Assembly (NCBI GenBank): GCA_964016885.1
Contig: OZ024748.1
Coordinates: forward strand, 54,188,001-54,252,000
Source: Eledone cirrhosa
Lineage: Eukaryota
Reading direction: 5' to 3'
DNA: 64,000 nucleotides
The notes below the pieces were generated by a model. That model searched no databases, had not been told where the DNA came from, and saw only the letters and a program-made list of their open reading frames with translations. The position numbers and the translations under genes are program-made. Numbering within the stretch: the stretch's first letter is position 1; every line of letters begins with the position of its first letter. Of this stretch, positions 42,814 to 55,347 are shown one piece after another.

Positions 42814-43020
42814 GAGCAGTGGATTGGCAGTATCAGTAGAGCATCGGACACCATAGAATTACATCCTTTTATGTTCTGAGTTCAAATCCTACTGTAGTTA
42901 GCTTTGCCTTTCATCTTTACGGGGCCAATAAAATAAACTCAGAGTAACACAGGGGTCGATTTAATCAATTTTCTCCTTCCCCAAAATTGTTGGCCTTGTG
43001 CCTAAATCAGAAACCATTAT
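42814..43020 (+). mobile_element. SINE S1 copy
   Basis: GGATTGGCAGTATCAGTAGAG..CTGAGTTCAAATCC..GCCTTTCATC..GGCCTTGTGCCTAAATCAGAAAC. Confidence 0.85.
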
Positions 43021-43159
43021 TATAATTCTCTATAATCAGGAACATACTATTATTAATAGACAATTTAAGAAAAAACACACTAACTGCTAATACTTAACTT
43101 GATTTGTTTTCTATATATATATATATATATATATATATGGTTTATACACACATACGCAT

Positions 43160-43375
43160 ACATGGCTGATTAACAATAACATATGCTTTCTTCTCTCCTC
43201 TAATTTCCTTGTTCTCCTTTTTTGAATGCCATCTGTCTCCCATCTTCCGATGAAGGTTTAGTGTCCGAAATATTAAGACTCTTTTCCAATTCAATTGAGC
43301 ATTAAACTAATATACTATTGGTGTATTATATTGCTTTCTTGTTTTGTTTTGTTTTTTGACTTTTCTTATATATTT
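43160..43375 (+). mobile_element. PLE-like element (family P1) with degenerate minimal hammerhead
   Basis: TCTT-CCGATGA-AGG..CC-GAAATATTA-AGA at 43243-43278, then the tail CTCTTTTCC..GAGCATTAAACTAATATA shared with 48650-48878(+), 20275-20357(-) and 23810-23875(-). Confidence 0.7.
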
Positions 43376-43469
43376 ATTTGTATGTGTGTGTGTATATATA
43401 TGTATATATATATATGTGTGTGTGTGTGTGTTTGTAAGCATGAATCTCTCTCTCTCTCCCTTCTTCTTC

Positions 43470-43541
<72 letters not shown>

Positions 43542-43621
43542 TCATCATTTTCATCATTTTACGTCCGCTTTTCCCTACTTGCAAGGGTGGGACGGGTCTT
43601 ATTATATATGTATATATAATA

Positions 43622-43654
<33 letters not shown>

Positions 43655-43838
43655 GTGTGTGTGTGTGTAAGCATGAATCTTTCTCTCTAACTTCTTCTTC
43701 CTCTCTCTCTCTCTCTATCTATATATATATAGATATAATATATATAAATATATATATATATATATAATATATATGTATGTATGTATAAAACCATATTCCT
43801 GAAAGGCAAGGTTACAACAAAAGACATAAATATTACAA

Positions 43839-43916
43839 TCAGACCAGCTTTTCACAGCTGCATCGTAATGCACCGTCGCACCAATCAAGCAACATTTGAG
43901 CAATATGAAGGGAAAA
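43839..43916 (-). CDS. Candidate alternative terminal exon (phase 0: FSLHIAQMLLDWCDGALRCSCEKLV*)
   Basis: About 70-nt AG-free pyrimidine tract ending CACCCAG|TTTTCC; CpGs retained in a CpG-poor region. Confidence 0.45.
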   Translation of the reverse strand, partial: FSLHIAQMLLDWCDGALRCSCEKLV

Positions 43917-45756
43917 CTGGGTGGAGTGGTGAAAGATAAAAGTCAAACAAAACAAAACAAAGCGACGGCAGAACAAAAATAAAGATAGACTAGTAACACG
44001 CACACACACACAATGAACTCACAATTGTAAAAAAAAAATGAAAATAAAAAAAAAAGAAAAACAAGTCAAAATAACATGAAAATATAATTTTCCACTGACT
44101 TGACATACATGCATGAACACATGTGCATATATTGTTGCACAAATACATATACATGGACACAGAACAGAAATACATATGCTGCATGCTGTCCTAAACTACA
44201 ACGAAAACAACACAAAACGCCTTGTCACTTTGATAGAGGCTGGTTATTGCTCTTTTGTAATGCAAATGGAAACACCTAGAATGAAATAATCACTCACACT
44301 CTTGTAATATATATATACACACACATACATACACACACTCTCACTATACACATATAGACACACATACATATGTGCATATACATGCATACTCATATGCACA
44401 TATTCACTCACACACAAACATGCACACACACCCACACACATGTTCAGTCATCTGTGGGTTTTTACTTTGTTTTATGTTTGTTTTTTTATTGGGTTTTTTT
44501 CCACTGTGATCAATTTTTCAATTTTAGTGTGAAGCTTTTTATGTTTTTATTTATTATTTTTTTTTTTTAAATTTGGATATTTGCATATTATTGAAAGAAT
44601 TGCATTTTCTACAGCTGGATTACATCATCAACAGCATCACACCCACCATCATCATCATCACCATCACCATCAACACTACCACCTACCACTAACTCCCACC
44701 ACCACTGCCACCGTCATCACCACTATGAACACCCTGACCATTACCACTCCCAAAACCACCAACCATCAACACCACCAACATCACCCCCACCATCACCAAC
44801 ACTACCACTATCACTACTACCAACACCATCAAAGACACAACCACCACCACCACCACCACCAACAGCATTGCCCTCCTCCTTTATCACTATCATTACCAAC
44901 ACCACATCCACATCATTCACCACCAGCATTACCCCCTTCTTCATTACTGCTACTACAACAATCGCCATCACTACCAACAACACCACCATCACCACCAGTA
45001 TCACTCCTCTTCATCATCACCATTGCCATCACTACCAACAACACCACCATCACTATCAACAGCACCCACCACTAACATCACTCTCCTTTCTCACCATCAC
45101 TACCAACAATACCACCCACCATCAGTGTCACTCCCCTTCATCACCATTGCCATCACTACCAACAACACCACCATCACTATCAACAGCACCCACCACTAAT
45201 ATCATTCTCCTTTCTCACCACTACCCCCCCCCCCCCCCCAACCAATTGTGAATTAGCAATGGGACAATGTTGTCAATCAGACACATTTACAAAACAAGGC
45301 TTTTATGTAGGTTTTGTTATTTTTACCTTGCCACGTGGTTCTTATAAAGTTTGAACTCATTACCATTCAAACTAGTCCCCAGTACATTAAATTTGCACCT
45401 ATTGTTGCTTTGTCTTCCTCTCCAACAAAATAAAAATATATATATATGAGAATCGGTTGCTGAGCTGGGAATTGGCTTTTAACATCCTGTACTGCATCAA
45501 ACCACATTAACAAGACATTTGTGAAAAATATAAAACAACACTACAGTGATTGGATTACACTTTAAATTTAAGTATTTAACACTTATACTGCAAACGTTTT
45601 ACAATGAGCTGTCCACTAGTAATGATATTATAAACATTTGACTTAACAAACCACATGGAACTACATTAGCAAAACATTCTTGAAAAGTATTTTTAAAAAA
45701 TGCATTATAGTTGCATTACACTAAAAAGTAAAATCTTTAACTCTAACGCTGCAAAC

Positions 45757-45926
45757 ATCATCATTTTACGTCCGCTTTTCCCTGCTTGCAAGAGTGAGAC
45801 AGGTCCTCTTTAGCACAACATTTGTCATGGTCCTTCGTCATCTCCTCTCTGAGCTTCAACAATCTGAGGTCAGCTCTCATCACATCTTCCCATGTCCTCC
45901 GTGGTCATCCTCTACTGCGTCTTCCT
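45757..45926 (-). mobile_element. RTE LINE 3' fragment
   Basis: GRRSRG*PRRTWEDVMRADLRLLKLREEMTKD, then CTTGCAAGCAGGGAAAAGCGGACGTAAAA(TGA)n; the same tail is at 29490 and 43540. Confidence 0.85.
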
Positions 45927-46449
45927 GCAAGCATTTTTTTAATTATCTGTCCACTGGTAACGATTTTATAAATACTTGAATTAACAAACTACATGGAACC
46001 ACATTAGTAAGACATTCTTGAAACATTACTCTGACTGCATTACACTAAAAAATTATTATTGTTATATAGCAAATTTTTGCAACAATCTGTCCAATAGTAA
46101 AAGAGCAATAAACATTTGAATAAAAATATAGTTTTTTTAATTTATTTTCTGCTAAATCATCAGTGAGTGTAAGAAGTCAAACCTTGCTTGCCACCATCAC
46201 TGCATACTCATGCATAAACACAAACATGCCAAACACATGTTCACACATTCATGCATACATACATACACACACACACACACCATCGCACAATATGGAGCTT
46301 GTAATTTGGAATCTAGACTAAAACCTACAATAACATTGACAAAATGTTATCCTGTGTCACTACTAGGCATTTCACACTAAACACCCTAACAATTCAGATA
46401 ATGTGCTACTCCTTTTCTCCTTTCTCTAATATTGTTGTTGTTGTTATGT

Positions 46450-46660
46450 AGGATGGTGGATTGGCATAGTTGGTAGAGCACCAAACAAAATGCTTTGTGA
46501 TATTTGTTCCAGCTTTTTACCTTCTGACTTCAAATCCTGCCAATGTCAACTTGGCATTTCCATGATTGATAAACTAAAGTACCTGTCATGAACTGGTGTC
46601 GATATATACAACTTTCCCTTCCCACTAAAATTGCTGGCTTTGTGCCTAAACTAGAAACTG
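46450..46660 (+). mobile_element. Older SINE S1 copy
   Basis: GGTGGATTGGCATAGTTGGTAGAGC..TTCAAATCCTGCC..TTGCTGGCTTTGTGCCTAAACTAGAAAC; another older copy lies at 56566-56805. Confidence 0.8.
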
Positions 46661-47847
46661 TTTTTGTTGTTGTTGATGTTACTGTTGCTGCTGTCGTCAT
46701 AGTTGCTGTTGTTATTGTTGCTGTCATTATCGTTGTTGTTATTGTTGTTGTTGTTAATTAATTTGCTTGATGATTTGTCAAAGTTCATTCTGTCTCACAG
46801 ATTGCTGTCAGCTTGAGAATTTAGAAGCTTGCATGTGTGCGTCCATGTGTGTGCACATTTTTGTGTGTGTATGTATATATATATGTGTGTCTATGTGTGT
46901 GTTTGTGCCAGTGTGTGGGTGTGCACATTTCTATGTATATTTATGTGTATTAGTATGGATGTGCACATTTGTGTGTATGAGTTAGTGTCTGTGTATGTGT
47001 CAATGTTTGTGTAGCTATATCTGTTTTTGTGTGTATGTATCTATATGTACATGTGTCTGTGTATGTGTGTGTGTGCTTGTGTGTATGTAGCTGTATATGT
47101 ACATGTGTCTGCGTGCTTGTTTGTGTGTGCTTGTGTGTATGTAGCTGTATATGTACATGTGTGTGTGCTTGTGTGTATATATCTGTATATGTACATGTGT
47201 CTGTGTATGTGTATCTGTTTTTGTGTGTGTTCAGGTTTTGGAAGTGGTGAAAAATGGAATTTCAAAATTATTGATTGATTAACTGTTTAGGGGTCACATA
47301 TTTTCTGTGACCTCTGATCCCTAAGTCTCCCAGGTCACCTCCTTTTCATCTCACTGTTTATTTTTTATGACTGCTGCTGCTGCTGTTTCATTCCTTTAAG
47401 CAACACCTGTTTTATTTCCTTCTTTTTGTTTTATATCTTATCTAATATCTGTTTGAATGTCTGTTAGTCTTTCTTTCTTTTTTATACACCACCACCACAA
47501 CCACTTTCATCATCAACACCAACCTAATTATCACCACCACCACTACTGCTATCATCACCCCCACCGTCATCATCATCACCATGAACATCATCATCACCAT
47601 CACCACTCATCAACACCTATCATCATCACTATCACCACCGCCACCACTACCATCATTATCATCGTCTCCACCACCACCACCACCACCACCATCATCATCA
47701 TATTGAAACTTTACCTCTTTCTTCCATCAATTCCTGACACTCCTTTCACTTCTCTCCATTCCTCTGTACTCTTTCTCTGTTGCTCTCTCTCCCTTTTCTT
47801 CATCATGTATGAAGACTAAATTATGTATGCATGTCTGTATATCTATC

Positions 47848-47878
<31 letters not shown>

Positions 47879-48741
47879 ATACAGAGAGAGTGAGAAAGTA
47901 TAGAGGAAGACTGGGTAATGTCTATCTATCTATCTACCTATCTATCTTCTGTGGAATTGTATGTGTGAAGCTCTGCACTAGACATTTCTACATAAGGAAA
48001 AGGTCAGTTAGTAAACATCCATTCATTTCTTCTTTCTCTACTTTCCTTTTTTTTCCATTCCACACTCCCACTCTCTCTTTCTCTCTCTTCCATACTCTAT
48101 CTCCCCCTCTCTCTCATACTCTGTATCTCTCCCTCTCTCCTCCACCCTTTATTTCACTCACCCCTCTCACTCTCCCCCGACATCCTCTATCTCACTCACC
48201 CCACTCTCCCTCTCCCACACCCTCTATCTCATCCCCCTCTCAACCTCTCCATCACACACATCCTCACAACAACTACAGTCCCCTTCCCATCGTTTTATCA
48301 TTCTCACTATTTCTATTTTACATCTTAAATTTATTCTCTGATTGAGTTGAACCCAAAATAACCAATAATGGTTGATAATGAGCATGATAGTGCTGATAAT
48401 GTTCACAATTCCATTCGGATGATACTTTTTTTTAAACTTGACTATACAAAGCTTTAGATTCCTAATGAAGTGTGGGAGGACGAGGAGGGGGTGAGGGCAA
48501 GACTATATGACGTTTTGACATTAACCCTTTCGTTACAATATTTTTTGATATTTGGATTAATTAATGAAGAATTTGGAAGGATTTATTAAAATTATAAGTT
48601 ATTTCTTTATTAGAATGATATTTGTAATGTAACATAACAAAATATTTATGGCTGGCTACACATGTGTTTTCCTCCTGGGAAAAAGATTTTTTTCTTGTTT
48701 TCTATCTATTCTTACTCTCATCTATCTCCTTTTTCTATATT

Positions 48742-48770
48742 CTGATGAAGGACTAATGTCCGAAACGTTA
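48742..48770 (+). ncRNA. Minimal type I hammerhead ribozyme core in a P1 element (48650-48878), nested in an M1 MITE (48521-48982)
   Basis: CTGATGA-A-GGAC-TAAT-GTCC-GAAACGTTA: intact core, 4-bp stem II and palindromic AACGTT stem/loop III; stem I appears broken. Confidence 0.7.
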
Positions 48771-49141
48771 CTCTTTTCCTCCTATATCAAGCGTTAAACT
48801 TATATATATATATACCATTGTCGTACTGTATTGTTCTTCTGTGTTGTTTTTCTTTGTTGATATTTTACATACCTATATGAAATTATCTTAGAAGATTAGT
48901 ATTAAAAAAGAATCTTTTAAAATGGATGATTGTTTCATAGAACCATGTTTGGTTTTGTGTAGATTGTTATCTAAAGGTGTAATGTCATGTCTTAGATCTT
49001 TCTTTTTTTTTCTTTTTCTTTTGTTTTGTTTTTTTTTCCTTTTTTCCATGGAAGCTAGTAGACTGGGTAGCTGGGTGGCTGGCTTACTTTTGCCTTAAGA
49101 CCAAGAAAGACTCCGAACCCTCTCCCTCTATGTACGTATAT

Positions 49142-49204
<63 letters not shown>

Positions 49205-50867
49205 TACCTGTTTAGACCATTGTTCAGTTTAGTACTCGATATCCACCCACATCTATAACTCCGAGTGTGTGTGTGTGTTTGTGTATTGCAGACATGTATG
49301 TGTGTATTTGAGTGTACTAATTAACAATCAGGAAAATAGAGACAGTGTGTAAAATGAAGACAGAGACATAGAAAGAAGCAATGAGAGGGAGCATTAGAAA
49401 GGATAAGAATATTAGAGAGAGAGAGAAAAGTGAAGACGAGAGAGAAAGAATGAAAACAAAAGGAACTGATTGATGATTTTACTGCATTTTATTAGTGTTT
49501 TATTTTTATTATTGTTGTTGTTGTTGCTGTTGTCGTTTAAATTTTATGTTTAGTTTTTTATTTCTTTATGCAGATTTGTTAATAATAACATGTAATAAAT
49601 AAATAAATAAATACACTGAAACAAATGAGTGTGTGTGTGTAGAGAGAGAGATGTGTATATGTGTGTGTGTAGAGAGAGAGAGATGTGTGTGGTTTCTGGG
49701 TGAAAACAAACAAAAATTACAGACAAGGCAAAATAACTGCTTAAACACATATACACATACACACATTCACAGGAACATATACACACACTACACACATACA
49801 TACACACCATACTGAGATATACACACAGACATACACAACAAACGGGAACACTTACACATAAACATGTACACAACATACAAAGACACACACACTCACACAC
49901 ACACACTGCACACAGACATATAGACACATACATACAGTCATACATATGCCACACACATACACAACAAGAAAAGAAACAGACCAACAAAAAAAAACATAAA
50001 ATGATAAAATGGAAACACAAAACAAAAAATAGAAGCAAGCAATCCAAAAATATCAAATTTAAATTAAATTTTTCCAATTATTTAGATATTTAAAAATTTA
50101 AAAAAAGAGAAAAATTCAACAAAATAAATTTAAAAAATAAAAAGTAACACAGAAATTTAAAAAAAAACAATGAAAAATAAATTTTGAAAATCAAATCTAT
50201 TTTTTTTTAAATATTAAAAAAAAATATTTTCAAAAACTGTCGCCACCACCACCACTATTACGACTGCTACCTCCATCACTACCAACAACACCATCAATAA
50301 TAAAAACACCACCACCACCACCATTAACCATCATCATCACCATCAACAATAACAACACCAACAACATCACTATCATCAGCAACAACAGCAACACTAACAA
50401 CACCATCACCACCACTAAGAACCACCATCATCATCACAAACACTATTAACGACAATACCACTAACAACCACAAGCACTGTCAATACTAACTATACCACCA
50501 TAACTACCATCAATACCAACACTAAAATCAACACCACAAACTACAATAACTACTACTAATAATAATGTTTTCTTTTATATTATATTATCTTTAATAATAA
50601 TAATAATAATAAAGAAGAAAATAAAATAAAAATCAAACTGCAAATGAATAAATAAATTTTTTAAAAATATATAAAATTGCATTAAAATTTATAAAATGTA
50701 GAAATAAAGCGAAAGGGATTTTTTCTCTGTCTTAATATTTATTTTTTTAAATTTAATTTTATTTTATTTCATTTTTTTTTCTTAATTTTCTCTCTTCATT
50801 TAGGCATTTGTTTTTGGTGTCATCGTTGTTTTGTAGTTTTTTTTTTGTTTTTTTTTGGAAATCTTAC

Positions 50868-50913
50868 TTCATTGTTTCAATTCTCAGTTTTTCATTCTCT
50901 TCTGGTCTTGTCT
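50868..50913 (-). CDS. 46-nt coding exon (phase 1 to 2: (E)TRPEENEKLRIETM(K/N)) of an unidentified gene
   Basis: About 250-nt U-rich upstream tract, TTTTTTCCTTTCACTCAG| acceptor, AA|GTAAGA donor, purine-rich body; only one frame is open throughout. Confidence 0.7.
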
Positions 50914-52050
50914 CTGAGTGAAAGGAAAAAAATAAAATAAAATAAACGAAAACAATCAATAGCAAAAAATAAAAACAAATAACACAGCAACAAAAATTAT
51001 GAATAAAAAAAATTAAAACAAGAACAATAATAAATAACAAAACAAATATCAACAGGATGACAAAAAATATGAAGAAGAAATTAAAAGAAAGCAATGACAA
51101 CAAACAAGCAACAACATGACAAAAAATTAAGAAATTAAAAGTAACAACAACAACAGCAGCAACAACAACAACAACAAACATGAGAAAATGTGATGTGTCA
51201 GCCAGAGAAAGGTCATGTTTTAGGCAGTAATTATAGAGTTGTTCTATTGTCATTTAAATGCAAATATGTCTTAATTAGAATAATGGCTGCAGTGTACAGG
51301 GCTAAATAAACCAATCTTCTTTGTATCACACACACACACACCTATATATATATATGTGCATATATATATATGCATATATATGTATACATCCATATGTATG
51401 TTTATATATCATATATATATATATATATATAATATATATAAATATATACTTATATGTGTATATATATATACATATGTGTGTATATATATATACATATGTG
51501 TGTATATATATATATATATGTGTGTATATATATATATATACACGTGTGTGTATATATATATATATATATATACACGTGTGTGTATATATATATATATACA
51601 CACATGCATATGTGTCTGTGAGTATACACACACACATAGAGAAAACAGGTATGCTGTTTTACACACATATATACAGAGAAAGAGACAGTGTGTGTAAGAA
51701 AGACAGATGCAGAGAGAGAGATGGGTAGGTAAACATATATGTGTACATACACTACACATACACATACACACATTTATTCATAAACACGAAGTGTCTCACA
51801 TTCACATATGTTTTACATACTCTTACTCACTCGCATGTACACACTCTCACACATGTATACATACATTATACATATATATATATATATATATATGCTCCTA
51901 CAAGCACATTGCTACATTTACTCTTGTACTCCTATCATGCATGTTATATCCACAGCTGTCTCCATTTCTCCTAATATTTGGTGTGTGTGTGTTATTTTTT
52001 TTGTCTTTAATACCACTACTACTCTTTTATACTCTACTTCAGCATCATAC

Positions 52051-52472
52051 CTTCCCCTTCTCCTCCTCTTCCTCCTCCTTGTTCCTGTCCTCAGACTCAC
52101 TGACCTCTAGGTTTGTCCATATTGTCATTCTGTGGAAGCCATGCTTCTTTGGATCCAGTTTTTTTGGTATTTTTCTTCTTGGACTATTATTGATTGTTGT
52201 ACTAGTGGTGCAGATAATGGTAGTAGTAGTGGTGGTGTCATTATTGGTGATGTGAGTGATAGTGGTGGAAAGTAGTTGTGGTGTTTGTATTGTTATTGTT
52301 GTTGTTGATAGTGTTAGTGGTTGGTAATAGTGATGTTGTTATTGGCCGTGGTGAATATGGTGTCTGTTGTTTTGTTGTTTTCTTGTGGAATTGCTGTCTA
52401 AATATTTGGCTTCTATTTCTAGTAAGTTCAGTGACTTGACTATGTAGAGGCTTTTCATTGGTTTGTGTTATT
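52051..52472 (-). CDS. Candidate low-complexity exon needing a 1-nt indel
   Basis: AAG|GTATGA donor; two abutting open frames join if AAA at 52269-52271 is AA; the acceptor is weak and lies at a MITE edge. Confidence 0.3.
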
Positions 52473-52950
52473 CTAAAGTGTATATATTGCTCCAAAAACC
52501 TTCCATCCTAATTTCATGTTCCAAACACCAGCTAAATGATGAGAAAGATATATTACTAATTCCCTCTAAAACCTTTTGAAAATTATTTAAAACTCACAAG
52601 CAATGTCTATTATTTTCAAAATCATTTGAAAACCATTAGACATATGGTGATGAAAGGGTTAAGTCTTCTAACCCTAACCCTACTATATATTGTATGTATA
52701 ACATTCTTACATGTACAGGGTCAGCTATGAATGTGTGTGTAGGTAGGAAGGAATGAGTATATAATATATATTAATATATACCTGGATAGGATGTTCATGG
52801 GTGGAACACATTTCATTAGTTATCTGCCTGATCAGGGTTTACCTAAATCACCACTACCACCACCACAATAACATCCGCTACCACTACATTAACCATCACA
52901 ACCAAAACATCTACCATCACAACCACAACAACAATAACATCCATTTCACA

Positions 52951-53625
52951 ACCACTACCAACACCATTGTACCTACTATCATCATTACCACCATTATCAC
53001 TGCAACAATAACAATAATGTCACCACTACCACAACAACAACAACAATAGCAACAACCATCTACTACAATCAAAATTACTACCATCACATCCACTACAACC
53101 ACAACTGGTACAATCGCAGCCACTACCACTGCCACAGCCTCTACCACCACAACCACAACTGGTACAATCGCAGCCACTACCACTGCCACAGCCTCTACCA
53201 CCACAACCACAACTGGTACAATCGCAGCCACTACCACTGCCACAGCCTCTACCACCACAACCACAACTGGTACAATTGCAGCCACTACCACTGCCACAGC
53301 CTCTACCACCACAACCACAACTGGTACAATCGCAGCCACTACCACTGCCACAGCCTCTACCACCACAACCACTACCAACACCATTGTACCTACTATCATC
53401 ATTACCACCATTATCACTGCAACAATAACAATAATGTCACCACTACCACAACAACAACAACAATAGCAACAACCATCTACTACAATCAAAATTACTACCA
53501 TCACATCCACTACAACCACAACTGGTACAATCGCAGCCACTACCACTGCCACAGCCTCTACCACCACAACCACAACTGGTACAATTGCAGCCACTACCAC
53601 TGCCACAGCCTCTACCACCACAATC
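52951..53625. repeat. Nested tandem duplication: (147 bp + 54-mer x5)(147 bp + 54-mer x2)
   Basis: 54-mer ACAACCACAACTGGTACAATCGCAGCCACTACCACTGCCACAGCCTCTACCACC; block offset 417 bp (52951 vs 53368). Confidence 0.95.
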
Positions 53626-53998
53626 ACTACCATCACCTCAACTACTGCCATCAACAACAACAAAAACCCCAAACACTAGACACACCAGTGTTAAAGGTTT
53701 CTAATTCAGGTGAGTTAACATATTAGCAGGAATTCCATAGAAATGGTAGTGCCACACTGTCTCAGAGTGATGATGGTTCCTGTAGAGAATTAATTAGGGG
53801 GAAAGATGTCTTAAATAACAACACTAACACGTCAACCCTGGTAGGGGGTGGTTGTCAGTGATACTGTGTGTAAGGGCTGTGAACCCTGAAACTGGAGGTG
53901 TGTGTGTATATGTTTGTCTTGTAGTGTATATATGAATGTGTGTGTGTTTGTCTTGTAGTATATAAATGAATGTGTGTATGTGTATGTTTCTCTTGTAG

Positions 53999-54029
<31 letters not shown>

Positions 54030-55287
54030 CATTCCTTCTGTGTATGTAGTGAAATCGAGTCAATTTTAAGGGGGGGGGGGGGGGGGTGATGTGTTCATTT
54101 GTGTCAGGGCATGTGTGTGTGTGTGTGTCAATGTATGTGATTCAATCTGGTCACTCTCATGTCTGTATGTGTAATTTATGTGGTGTGTGTGTGTGTATAT
54201 ATGTAAATGTATATATGGGCTAACATATGTAGGTGAGGGATGTGTGTGTAGGTTTCTTGATTATGTGTAAGTTGAATCTGGTCATTATATTTTATGTATG
54301 AATTTACGTGTGTGTGTGAGAATATGTGCAGGTGAATGTATGTCACTTATGTATATATGTGTAAGTTTGAGTAATAATTAATCTCTTATATGAATGTGTA
54401 TGTGTGTGTGAGTATATATATGTGTGTGTGTGTGTGTGTGTATGTTTGAAGCAATGGCAATGCATAACCATCATCCCTTCCTCTACACCATTTCCGACAA
54501 CATCTGGTAGTGAAGTTTGTTTGTTGTTTTCAAATATTTTTTTAGTCTCCCCCATCTCTATCTCTCTCTCCCTCTTTCGCTCTCTCTCCCTCTCTCTCTC
54601 TCTTTTAATTGTTTTGTTAGTTTGTACTCTCCCCCAACGACATCTTGTTTCAAAGAATTAATTAGAACATTTTTAATGAATTATTTCTTTCAGAAGACAT
54701 AAAAGACCCCCCTAGATCTCGACTCCCACACTCTCCAACAACTCCACCCACCCGCACACACCATATATATATATATACATATACACACACTGACATAGTA
54801 ACTGCAGCAACAACAACAAGAGCTAACAATCTTAATGATGATAGTAATAACTACTGTAATTGCAATAACAACAACACTTGTAAACATATGTGTGTGTGTG
54901 TGTATATTATATATATAGCCCACCCTGTCAAGTCATAGTGCTGGTGCCATGATAAAGTTTAAACAGCCCACACTATAATATGGCATTGGTTGTGCCATGA
55001 TTAAATACATCCAGCACACACTGTAATGTTGTAATGTGGTTATGTTGTTGCTACAATAAAATGCATCAAAGACATGCTGAAAACTGCGTGACATTAGGAA
55101 GGGCATTCAGCTATAGAAGCCATGTCAAAAACTTATGAGCAAGGTATTGACATCTGACCAGTCTAGTTTCAGAATAGGATGGCATGTCCAACCTATGAAA
55201 ACAGATGTGAAATGGCAGTTTCAGTTAGTTTGGTACCAAAAGGGCTAAAGTAGATGAGGATTGACTTCAGGGAAGGAATGTCAGTAC

Positions 55288-55347
55288 CGATGACTCTTTT
55301 CAGGGCCTCTGCGAATGTGAGAGGGTGAGATTGAAGAAGAGATCTGC
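55288..55347 (-). CDS. Candidate 60-nt symmetric exon (phase 1: (G)RSLLQSHPLTFAEALKRVI; phase 2 also open)
   Basis: TTTTATTACTAGCATTTCAG| acceptor, weak G|GTACTG donor, CpGs retained; phase 1 fits the flanking candidates. Confidence 0.35.

Noticed and set aside
43845-43895. Possible miRNA or snoRNA in the CpG-rich island
   Set aside because: No convincing pre-miRNA hairpin or paired C/D boxes; the exon reading fits better.
45327-45419. 93-nt phase 2-2 cassette candidate (GRQSNNRCKFNVLGTSLNGNEFKLYKNHVA)
   Set aside because: Needs a rare GAG acceptor and a modest donor; unsupported without RNA data.
47289-47315. GGGTCA..TGACCT inverted half-sites (also TGACCT..AGGTCA near 35712)
   Set aside because: Short nuclear-receptor-like motifs are too common to call.
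49566-49695. Acceptor TTTTCACCCAG| followed by an open frame and AATAAA
   Set aside because: Body is (CA)/(CT) microsatellite; cannot be told apart from chance.
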